A stretch of DNA of 64,000 nucleotides from Botryllus schlosseri (lineage: Eukaryota). Location of the stretch: positions 20,460,001 to 20,524,000 of the forward strand of contig CM119378.1 of the NCBI GenBank assembly GCA_051294905.1, given 5' to 3'. A program made the position numbers and the translations under genes. Shown here in pieces: positions 1 through 9,565 of this stretch (position 1 is the first letter of the stretch; every line of letters starts with the position of its first letter). Under the pieces are notes generated by a model, which saw only the letters and a list, made by a program, of their open reading frames with translations, made no database searches and had not been told where the DNA came from.

Positions 1-403
1 CTAGGCGCGCTAAACACGATCGTAGACACCGCGATCACGTGAAACTCGTACATCTGGTCGCGGTACAATAGCTCCGCGTCCACCCGCAATTCCGTGCTGT
101 TCGCTTCCACGCGATCCACGGTATCCCATCTCGTCCACTGCCGCGCGAGTTGCGCCTCTCGCCTGGCGCGCCCCGACCGCACGTTTTCCGCGTCCTCCGG
201 TGCGGGAGTTACGTCATTTCCGTCGTCCGCGTCCGCTAGAAGCATGCGCGACTCTACGACGTATCCTAGCAGGTCTTCGCGTTTGGAGTCCAGGGGCGGC
301 TGCCACATTAAAACCAGGTGTCCGTCCTTGGTAACGTGGTAGTTCAGGCGTCCCGGCGGCTCTATCGTGGGTTGGTCGAAAGGCCGCGCGATGGGGTTTA
401 AAA
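1..403 (-). CDS. tutl: Turtle/IGSF9 exon: FN3 domain 2 (partial, runs off window)
   Basis: Acceptor ttttcgttcag|TT at 404/403, phase 1. Open frame VLNPIARPFDQPTIEPPGRLNYHVTKDGHLVLMWQPPLDSKREDLLGYVVESR...WTRWDTVDRVEANSTELRVDAELLYRDQMYEFHVIAVSTIVFSAPS with FN3 W, Y and YEFHV motifs. Not in ORF track. Confidence 0.9.
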
Positions 404-545
404 CTGAACGAAAACACAATGTTGGCAACGGATAATTTCGAAATTTAGTAACGAAAGTCGGTAAGTGATATTTGACCATTCCCGCGAACTGTCAGAAAAG
501 GGCGCGTAAATAGCTTTCTAATCTCAAAGCTCGCCGATTGCGTCG

Positions 546-561
546 CCGTCAGAGGGCGCCA
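546..561 (+). promoter_or_regulatory. Putative CTCF-binding motif
   Basis: CCGTCAGAGGGCGCCA closely fits the CTCF core consensus CCASYAGRKGGCRS; located in intron 404-929. Confidence 0.4.
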
Positions 562-929
562 AGTGTCCGGGAATAGGAATTGGAGTGAGCTTCATAGGGC
601 CGCGAACCGTCAAATATCGAAATCAACCCAAAACGAAATTACGAGAGGATGCCGCTCAAAACAAAGAATCGGACCTTTGCGAATGTAACAGAGCTCCGCA
701 GAAACTTCAATAGAATCAAGCGTAACAATAAATAAAAGTTTCAACTGTCACGGGCGGTTCTGTACGATCACAAACCCAATTTTGACTGTAATCTATCTTT
801 CGAAAGGAAAGCGACTTCTGTTTGGCAGATCCTGTTCACACAAACTTGATTTCATTGCACTTTACGACAATGCTTGAGGATAGATGAAATATACTACGAC
901 CCTTTGACAAGATAGAGAATCGGTCTCAC

Positions 930-1217
930 CTTTGGTCCTGGCAGTGACCTCCTTCGAAAACTGCCCGCTGCCGAGATCGTTCTCCGACATCACCGCAAAC
1001 TGATATATCGTGTCAGGTTCCAGCTCGCCCACGGTCGCTACCTTGCGGTATCCCACCACGCGATGCGTCCGCCACGAGTGGCCGCCCATGTCGGCGCGCT
1101 TGTACCAGATGATGAAGTACTGCGGGCGGCCGCCGTCGTAACCAGGCTGCCAGGACACTTGTGCGTTGTACTTTGAGGTGACCACTTTTACGTCGGTCAC
1201 AGTGTGTGGCGAGGTAT
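930..1217 (-). CDS. tutl: Turtle/IGSF9 exon: FN3 domain 1
   Basis: tag|AT acceptor at 1218/1217, AAAG|gtgaga donor at 930/929; 288 nt, phase 1-1. TSPHTVTDVKV...WQPGYDGGRPQYFIIWY...LEPDTIYQFAVMSENDLGSG. Confidence 0.95.
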
Positions 1218-1277
1218 CTAAACGGTGTGATTAGGTTGAAGGCAAAGTTGGAAAAGTAGACGTTTTTCAGCTCTTTC

Positions 1278-1930
1278 GAATTAGATTAGAATCAGTATTA
1301 TAGCTACACACTTCTTCCGAATTAGTCTACAATTAGCTACAAGGTTCTTCCCGAATTAGAATCATAGCTACACAGTTTTTTTCAAATTAAATTAGAACTG
1401 GAATTATACACACACAGTTCTTTTTTTCAAATTACAGAAGAGTTAGACCTACAGTTTTTTTTTTCAAATTAGACTACAATCAGCCACATAGTTTATCTCC
1501 GAAGTAGATTAGATTAGAATTAGAATCATAGCAACAAAGTTATTTTCCAAATTGTGGTAGAATTAGAATTGGAACTACAGTTTTTTTTCCAAATTAGAGA
1601 AGTAGATGTACATATTTTTTCAAATTATACTAGAATTAGAATTATAGCTACTAAGTTTTTACCAAATTACATTAGAATTGGAATTATAGCTACACAGGTT
1701 TTCCAAATTACAAAAGAATTAGTATTATAGCTACAGTTTTTTTCCCCCGAATTAGCGTAGAATAAGAATTATATCTACACAATTTTTCCAAATTACATTA
1801 AAATCCGAATTATAGCTGCACAGTTTTTACCGAATTAGATTAGAATTGGAATTATAGCTGCACAGGTATTACAAATTACAATAGAATTAGTATTATAGCT
1901 AGTTTTTTCCACGAATTAGATTAGAATTGA
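1278..1930. repeat. Degenerate minisatellite (TTAGAA-rich units with 'tatagctacacagtttt' cores) filling most of intron 1218-1943
   Basis: More than 10 visible imperfect ~40-60 bp units. The same motif forms one end of dispersed repeats at 17800-18150, 23685-24100 and 51055-51430. Confidence 0.85.
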
Positions 1931-1943
1931 AGATGTTACTCAC

Positions 1944-2115
1944 AGCGTACGTAGACCATCGCGTCCGCGCGTACTTTCCTAACAGGGTTGCTTAGGACGC
2001 ATTGTAGTTTGCCGTGGTCGCTTTTCACCACGCTCCGAATAGTCAGATTGCCTTCTTCGACTGATATTCGTTGGTCGTCCGGTGGAATTGCGACTTCTTC
2101 GCCCAATTCATCAAT
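1944..2115 (-). CDS. tutl: Turtle/IGSF9 exon: second half of Ig5
   Basis: tttctgcag|ATT acceptor, CGCT|gtgagt donor; 172 nt, phase 0-1. IDELGEEVAIPPDDQRISVEEGNLTIRSVVKSDHGKLQCVLSNPVRKVRADAMVYVR. Not in ORF track. Confidence 0.92.
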
Positions 2116-2644
2116 CTGCAGAAATAAACGAAGGGCGTAGAGTCAATTGATAACGAAATCCACCCAGTGTTTAAGGTCGTTACTTCTATAGTTCAAGTTG
2201 CGAGTTTTAAAAAGTGAGTAGTTCTAGTTCTAGTTGCGCATTGTGAAAATACAGTAGCAAGTCCGTCTCGAACCCTCTCAACCATAGATAATAAAGACGG
2301 GCAATCGATATTGAGGCTTCGGAAATATTAGCTCCGTCTAGACCACAAAATATGATATACACACTACAATCAGTTTATACGCTCAGTCGGCGCGGCATTA
2401 CTGCATATTTTACAATATATTGGCAACGCACGAGTTCAGATAACTTCTGATTTAAAAATAAAAGTGGAATCCACGGCGGATGCATCTAACTAATATTTCG
2501 CCAGTCGCAGTCTTATGCAACAACGAGAAAGTATTAATTATCATTGCTTTTTGTTGTCGAATAGGCCATTTATCCTAAATCCCGTACAGAAAGACGTTAA
2601 AATATGGACGCAAAATCGCGAGTTATATTCTTAACAAACGGAAT

Positions 2645-3087
2645 ATGACTCGACTCGACTTGGGGAGTCAATCCGTGTATTGACTCGGCTTGTACTCGAG
2701 TCAATCCGTGTATTGACTCGGCTTGTACTCGAGTGATTACGCATGACACGGACCGTATGACTCGATAATCGGACGGCCAAGAGCGACATTATCACACTAT
2801 TGGTATTTCGTATATTAGCGCTGGTACTTAAAAATGCGACCACAAACTGTTAAAAGTGAGGAAAATTAGTATATTATGAATGAGAAGCATTCGATAACAC
2901 CAAGCAGAGATGTAAAAAGTCGGTTTAACAAGACTGCAACTCGAAACTGAACAGCCAACACTATAACTTGGACTCGTACTCGAGTCATAACACTATGACT
3001 AGGACTCGACTGGACTTGACTTGATTGAAAACTGCAAAAGTGAGATTGACTTGTGACTCGGGAACTTTTACCATGGCTACAGCCCTG
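2645..3087. mobile_element. GACTCGAGTC-rich non-autonomous element (hAT-MITE-like), partial
   Basis: Repeated gactcgagtc/gacttgac motifs and a terminal 'cagccctg' at 3080-3087. Related sequence at 25490-25745 (opposite orientation) and 63880-64000. Internal perfect 33-bp tandem duplication at 2665-2730. Confidence 0.6.
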
Positions 3088-3686
3088 CGTGCAAGTAATC
3101 AAAACCTACTTGAAGTACTTCTTCACTGACAACCTGTCGTACAACGACGCGTCGCCGGCCATACCTCGACGAAATTCACCTCTGAATTACGAGGTGTCCA
3201 CAAATAGCAATTAATTATTAACGTCTCACAGAGGGCACGCGTAACGCCATAACATAGATAAACTTTACTCCAGAAAGGTCAGAACCAGCTATTTTTAAAG
3301 CAGCTTGCCATTCAACCGGCCTGAAATTTCGTCGCGTTAAAGTCTCCGTTGGGGATCGATACGACCAGAGACGGTCAAAGTAGCCATAGTCGGTAATCGA
3401 GTAGAATTAAATTTCTACTTGATAGTGAAAGCAGCGATTGTCGAGTAAGCAAAACACGAAATATTCCTAGCATAAGATACTTCGGAACATAACAACAAAA
3501 ATCAATTACGAAGACAATTCGAAACTGCATCCAGGGGATACAGAAATTGGAAGGTCCGAAGACACTCGGGCAGCTCGGAGAAGTAGATTTGATTGAAGGG
3601 GTGAATACATTCCAAAAATGCGTCTTCGCGACTAACGCATAATGACTGACAACACTATAAATTTCCGAAAATGTTTTCGGTTACGG

Positions 3687-4345
3687 CAGGCGTGGGCAAA
3701 CATTTTAGCTCACGGGCCGCATTCATATGAATCTATTCGCTGGCCGCATTATATAAAATTGAGATATACTAAGCCAAAATTCAATATTGTTATTTGATCA
3801 TATACAGTGAACGACGACATAAAAATAATATATGTATTTATATATTTATAATTTCATGATTACGTACACGCGACAGAAATATTGCCGAGAATTTTACAGC
3901 TCATCGTCTTCATTGTCAAAATTAGGGATGGAAGTATAGGTTGTCTCGATTCTTAGAACTGGATGTAAATTCGAGTCTGTGAGCAGCGACCTGTTCATAG
4001 ATTTTCTGATTCTATGTATGGTTCAACTCCAGGACGCACAATGCTGACAGCATCATAACCATGTTACCTTGAAATACGCTTATAAAACATGTAAATATTA
4101 TAAATATAAATACTTATGCAAACACAAATAAAGAATCCATCTAACACACCAGCGAATCGGTTTTTCCAAGAACAGCACGACAAATAATAAACCTGCTCGT
4201 GTTGTCAATCTGAAATCACACTCGTGGTCCGAATATACGTCATTTACGTTTCTCTTTCTGTGATGTTTAGCAATTGACACCTTTCAAAATGCATGGCCCT
4301 CGAGGTCGGGCTATCGCGCCATCAATGAAATGAAGAATATACTAT
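3687..4345. mobile_element. Degenerate hAT (Charlie/Buster/SPIN-like) derivative, copy 1
   Basis: Starts CAGGCGTGGGCAAAC (Charlie-like TIR) and is colinear with 12252-12908. Minus strand 3894-3998 encodes MNRSLLTDSNLHPVLRIETTYTSIPNFD, resembling the C-terminus of Buster/GTF2IRD2-type transposases. Confidence 0.65.
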
Positions 4346-4507
4346 GGTAAGAATATAACTTATCAATATCATGTTGAAATATATTAGGAAAAAGTTTACT
4401 CAGGTACCCAAAAAGTAATTTGAGTTTTAGTACGCATTTTATCAATACTACCGCAAAACGGTGTTGCGTGCCGCATGCATGTTCCGGTGAAAACGTGATA
4501 AGCTTAC

Positions 4508-4765
4508 CTTCACCCAGGTGATATACAGCGGCGGGTCTCCCGTTCCGTTGCAGGCCATCGTCAGAGGCTTGCCTATCTCGGCGTAGTATTCCGCCCGTGG
4601 TTTGCGGGTGAATTTGGGGGCGTTGTACACGACCAGGCTGAATTCGGTGCTCCTGCCCTGCGTTCCCAGGCTGTTGTAGGGCTCGCAGCTGTACCGGCTA
4701 GAGTCGCTCTCTCGGACAGGGTCGATCACGAGGCTACCGTTTTCGCCCAGACTGAGTCGGTCATC
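4508..4765 (-). CDS. tutl: Turtle/IGSF9 exon: second half of Ig4 + first half of Ig5
   Basis: ttttttcattag|GAT acceptor, AAG|gtaagc donor; 258 nt, phase 0-0. DDRLSLGENGSLVIDPVRESDSSRYSCEPYNSLGTQGRSTEFSLVVYNAPKFTRKP...MACNGTGDPPLYITWVK. Confidence 0.95.
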
Positions 4766-5081
4766 CTAATGAAAAAAATGAGGCTTAACAGCGGGTAGCC
4801 AGAAGCAGTCAGAAACGTAGGACATCTTCTTTTTGAGAGTGCACAAGTAGGTTTTGAATGTCAGTGACGAAGTACTTCAACTTTTTAGATATTGGGCTGC
4901 TGATTCAAATTGTATAATTTTGGCAGTAGCAATTTCTACATTTATTCACTGAGTCAGTAACGAAGTACTCCGACTTTATCGAGTAATCAGTAGATTGTGA
5001 GCTATACTGATTCAAATGGCTACTGATCACTGACAATTTGACAAAATGTTGAAGTCACAGCCACAGCATACAATATCGAAC

Positions 5082-5224
5082 CTTATCAACGCTCAAAGAG
5101 GTCCCGCTTCTTTGCCACGTCGCGATCGTAACGGCCGGCACAGCATCGGCGGGACAAGGCAAATTCACGCGCAGTCCAAGACCGGCGTACATCACGGCCG
5201 GCATCTTTCTCACGCGCGCCGGAA
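5082..5224 (-). CDS. tutl: Turtle/IGSF9 exon: first half of Ig4
   Basis: tttctttttgcag|TT acceptor, AAG|gttcga (weak) donor; 143 nt, phase 1-0. FPARVRKMPAVMYAGLGLRVNLPCPADAVPAVTIATWQRSGTSLSVDK. This frame is not in the ORF track. Confidence 0.88.
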
Positions 5225-5289
5225 CTGCAAAAAGAAACGACGGATATGACGTCAGAAACAGAAAAAGGCACTGCGGCCAGACTTCAGAC

Positions 5290-5645
5290 TAGTAGAAACT
5301 AGTGGATTTTAAAATACGCAACTTCAGCTAGAACCAGTGCTATACTCACTGTTCAAATCTCACAACTAGAACTAGAACTAGAACTAGACCCTATTAAAAA
5401 TCCCGCAACTAGAACTAGAACTATTGTTCTCTTTTTAAAATCCTCAAATAGATCTAGAATTACTCATTTTTTTAAATCCGCAACTAGAACTAGAGCTGCT
5501 CATTTTTCAAAATCCCAAGCTAACTAGAATTACTCGCTTTTTAAAATGCGCAACTAGAACCAGAACTAGAACTAGAAATCTAACTAGAACTAGAACGATA
5601 ACTACCCACTTTTCAAAATTCATAACTAGAACTAGAACTACTCAA
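5290..5645. repeat. (ACTAGA)n array interspersed with 'ttttaaaatccgca' units, probably a MITE remnant
   Basis: Directly visible hexamer repeats; reverse-oriented fragment at ~2195-2250. Confidence 0.8.
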
Positions 5646-5706
5646 ATATCAGTATCTAGTTGACTGTCAAGCAACCAGATACGGTAGTTTGTACTTCCGC
5701 ACGTAC

Positions 5707-5885
5707 ACTTGACTGTGAGCGTGGCGTTCGCTATGCGAGAATTCCCGTAGCCGTTCACCGCCCGGCACCCGATCACGCCTGCGTCAGGCACCGTAACGTC
5801 GAAGGTGAAGGTACCCTCGCGATTCAAAGCTCTGAAATCCACATCCTTGTCTGATGACGTCATCGGCAGACCGTGATGGAACCAC
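5707..5885 (-). CDS. tutl: Turtle/IGSF9 exon: second half of Ig3
   Basis: tttgccag|G acceptor, AAGT|gtacgt donor; 179 nt, phase 2-1. WFHHGLPMTSSDKDVDFRALNREGTFTFDVTVPDAGVIGCRAVNGYGNSRIANATLTVK. Confidence 0.92.
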
Positions 5886-5943
5886 CTGGCAAATTTCAGA
5901 ATTTTAATAAAGGCAAGGTCATTCCCACACAGCTATCATGTGC

Positions 5944-6070
5944 AGCCCGGCGGTTCCCAACTGTTTTCGCTCACCAGCCGGTATAATTTCGAAACAAATT
6001 TTGCGGGCCAGTGAACCTTTAAAGATCAAAATTAACCTAAAATGTAATTACGACAAAGGTATATGCAACT
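5944..6070. mobile_element. hAT/Charlie-like terminal fragment
   Basis: 'cggttcccaactgtttt...gcgggccagtgaacc...aacctaaaatgt' matches the reverse-oriented copy at ~35545-35655, which ends 'aaaaaggttgagaaccactg'. Confidence 0.5.
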
Positions 6071-6205
6071 GAAAAGCTAATATGGGAAACTTCAACTTAA
6101 TGAGAAATTTTGTGTGCATTTACGATGTTGAGCGTGATATCGGTGGTTTCAATAATAATATTGAGGCTAGTTCTTAGTCGAGAGCAGATCATTCATTCCA
6201 TAATA

Positions 6206-6445
6206 CCACACGATGCAGAAAAATACGTTCTCAATTTCTCAATTAATCTAAAATTAGATGTTTCATTTCTGCATTATATTGACAATCGTTCGATTTTGCA
6301 ATTGAGATGTATAATATATTTGCCGGGACGGTAGGGAACTTGATATCGCGTCCCGCGTCAAATTCCCTATCTCAATTTCTATAAGCAAGAAGTTGGAGCC
6401 TAGATCGATTTGCAACTTAGGAAGGTATTTTTCTGCATCGTGTCG
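6206..6445. mobile_element. 240-bp MITE with 19-bp inverted repeats, flanked by TA (Tc1/mariner-type signature)
   Basis: ACACGATGCAGAAAAATAC (6208) ... GTATTTTTCTGCATCGTGT (6443); TA lies 2 bp outside each arm. Confidence 0.65.
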
Positions 6446-6844
6446 TACTAGAAAGTATATACTCAACATAGGACTTAGCGTACGTCACAACTCGCAATGC
6501 TGGAAGTCCTGTACCAAAATGTTTGCAAGTGACCTGCGAGTCATTTAAGACCAGTGATATATGAAAGATAAAGAGAAGTCTTAAAGCAGAATTCGTTCCA
6601 TTTCGACAGTAGAATTTAGCGACATTTGACAGTATAATCGAGGCTAGCAGCCAGCAAAGTGATAGTTCTTTCAAGAGTAACGAACCTTTAAATCCAGTCA
6701 GTGGTTTTTACGGGACTTTGTCTTGCAAAAACATCAATGAGTTTGTCGCAATTATACTTTTTAAGCTAATCCGATTTTTGAAGGTTAACCGGTCCCCATG
6801 CCTATATATGGTTGAGAAATACTGCACTACAGTGCTTCACTTAC

Positions 6845-6950
6845 TCGTAACGAATATCCCTCGGATATCCAACGGCCCTGCACGAAAACATGACTTGCTC
6901 GCCGTCTCGGACAGTCGTGTTTTTCGGCACTGTAACCAGGGTCGGGGCGG
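6845..6950 (-). CDS. tutl: Turtle/IGSF9 exon: first half of Ig3
   Basis: ttacag|CC acceptor, GA|gtaagt donor; 106 nt, phase 1-2. AAPTLVTVPKNTTVRDGEQVMFSCRAVGYPRDIRYE. Not in ORF track. Confidence 0.92.
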
Positions 6951-7234
6951 CTGTAACGACACGATGTTCATATTAGATATCACATAATACCCATCAGGTC
7001 ATAGTACCCAGTGTAACCACTGTTTTATCTGTACTTGCACTGCTTGCCTAAGTGTGTAGGGCTTCTACTTCTCATGGAGCACATTTTTTGACAATAATAC
7101 TGATAATTTGCAATTTGTATTTTGTAAAGTAGAAAGGGATCGGTTTATATCGCCTTTACAGCTGAAATCGTCATAATACCTTGCAAAATACCCTATGGAT
7201 CAAAATAACCATCTCACAAGTACGCGGCATATAC

Positions 7235-7364
7235 CTTTAATGTGTACAGTGGTCGCGGTTTCGATCAGAGACGCGACATTCTGCGCTCGGCAAGTGTACA
7301 CGCCTTCGTGGCTTCGTTTCAGCTCGGATATCGCCAACCGGCCGTCGCTCATACGCACGCCGTC
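7235..7364 (-). CDS. tutl: Turtle/IGSF9 exon: second half of Ig2
   Basis: tttcacag|GAC acceptor, AAAG|gtatat donor; 130 nt, phase 0-1. DGVRMSDGRLAISELKRSHEGVYTCRAQNVASLIETATTVHIK. Confidence 0.93.
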
Positions 7365-7599
7365 CTGTGAAATCAACCGCGATTTTGAGTCACAAGAGTA
7401 ACGCGAAGCGTTGTATACTCTACTTTGCAGGGGACTGAATCGAGACCTTTCTGTGGACGCAACGCGGGGGCTAACGAATTTCAAACAAGACCTTCAGTTT
7501 AAATTGGATTTCGAAAGACATCTCCAACTCTTATTTTTTAGGGGTCTGGAGGGGCCGCAGCCAACCTCCCCCGTGGTGTTTGGTTGCGTTGTGTCTTTG

Positions 7600-7860
7600 G
7601 ACACAGCGAATCCATGGTTACTTCAGGTTTATATTTTCGTTGCTTATTTTACCCATTACTGGTTTCTGGTGGTTAGACATAGACAGAGAACCGTTGTGGG
7701 GAACCGGAGTGCCCGGAGAAAACCCCACTAGGTAATATCCGCTGACACAAATAGGCTTTGAGGGGTTCAGGTCAGATTCATTGTGGGAAGCGATTATTCT
7801 GCGATGAAATAAGATAGGTTCAAGATACAGTTGCTTCAAAATATCGGTCGACAACCATCT
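7600..7860 (-). mobile_element. Degenerate tRNA-derived SINE with 'TTTTCTCCGGGCACTCCGGTT' core
   Basis: Reverse complement carries ggggttttctccgggcactccggttcccc, resembling the conserved V-SINE-type core, preceded by a decayed tRNA-like head. Confidence 0.6.
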
Positions 7861-8622
7861 AAAAAAATTTCTCTGCCCAGAAACGTTCACATACGTATCT
7901 TTGAGTGGTCACCAGGACATCATTCCAGTTAGAGGTGATCGAAAACGTAATCGCATTTCTCGACAAAGAGTAGCGATTTGGGATAATTGTGAGGATGGAT
8001 TACTACCGTATGACGGAAATCTCCTTCCATGCACATTAGTAGACATCTTTTTCGATGCTGAATTATGGGTAAACGAGGTTTGGACGCTGTAACGGCGAAA
8101 ACTCTAAATTAAGTATTAAAACATTTTTTTTCGTTCATGAAATATTACTCGTGGCGTGAAGGCGTGTAATGAGAGCGCTCATTCATTTGTGTCATACGAT
8201 TTCAAATTCACAGCAGATGCGCGGTAGTCCGGCGGTAGAAAGGCAATTGTGCATCGAGTTAGAACAACGTCTAATTATGAGTATATAGGGCTGCTGATAA
8301 ATGAAGCGTGTGAGTGGGTGTAGATTCATATCGACGGTGACAAGCTAATAGAAAATATCATTCAGCTGCGTCAGAAACTCTTCGGAAAGGTCAATTCGTA
8401 GGTCTGGTGAAAATCCAGTGCACGAGTGATTTCAGATCGAATCGAATATTAGGATTCGAGTCGAGTATTCGAGAATCTCTCATTATGAAGCCATAACAGT
8501 ACATATATGTGACGTGGGAAGTTCATGTATGTACCATTTATGCGACCCCAAAGAAAATATTGCCAGCTCTATATTACATTGAAGATGATTCGACGGTATA
8601 TTGTCGACCATAGCTATGTCTG

Positions 8623-9185
8623 TAGGGTTGCATTTAAAACAAATGGTTGTTTAAAACACTTTTTTTAAATCATGTTTGAGTAAATGTTTTAAACATAGGC
8701 CTTTTAAAAAATTGTTTCTTTTTAAGTTGTTCAATTATACCAGAATTGTGTAAATACTTTCAAAAAAAAAACAAGTTGTACAAGCATACGGACGATTACC
8801 ACCCAATATCACCCACGTATACGATATGGGATGGTTGGAACCTCCGAAATAGTCGGTTCAACAGCTATATAGTAGTAGTAGTAGTATAGATATATATCAT
8901 AGGTACGAAATGAATGTTCGGAAGATGGTGAACGCCGGCTGCAAAATGCTGCATGACGACATAGTCCTGGTTAAAGATATTTTTGGTCCGTATATGACAG
9001 GGGTTGGAAGCCTATTTCGTCAATGGAGCTATATTTACCCTATATTTACAATAGTCAATGTCAATCTAATATGACGTCACAGTTGAATTTTCGTGACGTC
9101 ATGTCTTGAAAAAACATGTTTCAAACACGGGACTTGTCTTAAACATGTTTGTTTTATATTGATTTTAGCTTTTAATGCAACCCTA
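8623..9185. mobile_element. hAT-type MITE (TAGGGTTGCATT...AATGCAACCCTA), copy 1
   Basis: 12-bp TIRs with subterminal AAAACA repeats. Imperfect TSD-like ctatgtc on both flanks. Colinear with 13513-14047. Confidence 0.8.
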
Positions 9186-9422
9186 ACTATGTCATTGGAC
9201 TTTTGGACAATGCTGCTGGTCGGTCACGATTTCACAGAAAAGACGTTCCAATTATCGTATGTAGATCCGTACGTCATGTTTTGAAGCTGTGACGCAACCA
9301 ATTGAGGTTTGAAGGCTTCCAGGATGGAACATGAGAGTATTCCTGTTTATAATATAGTTCTTCGTCGAAATGAGTGTATAACGACAATTCAATAAACGCC
9401 ATATATCTGGTAGTCCATATAC

Positions 9423-9565
9423 CTGTCCGTTTTTCATTGGATATCCGTCTTTGAGCCAGGTAATGAGCGGAGCTGGCCGGCCGGACGCGACACATCGAAG
9501 ATGTAGAACTTGGCCTTCTTCTTTGATGCGTTCTCGCGGCGGTGTAATGTTGAACATGGGTGGGA
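9423..9565 (-). CDS. tutl: Turtle/IGSF9 exon: first half of Ig2
   Basis: tcttcttttttcag|TC acceptor, CAG|gtatat donor; 143 nt, phase 1-0. VPPMFNITPPRERIKEEGQVLHLRCVASGRPAPLITWLKDGYPMKNGQ. Confidence 0.94.

Noticed and set aside
862-929. Read-through of FN3-1 into the intron giving a hydrophobic C-terminus (VVVYFIYPQALS*), GPI-signal-like
   Set aside because: The hydrophobic tail is short, and the GGTGAG donor with an in-phase next exon explains the sequence; no evidence of intron retention.
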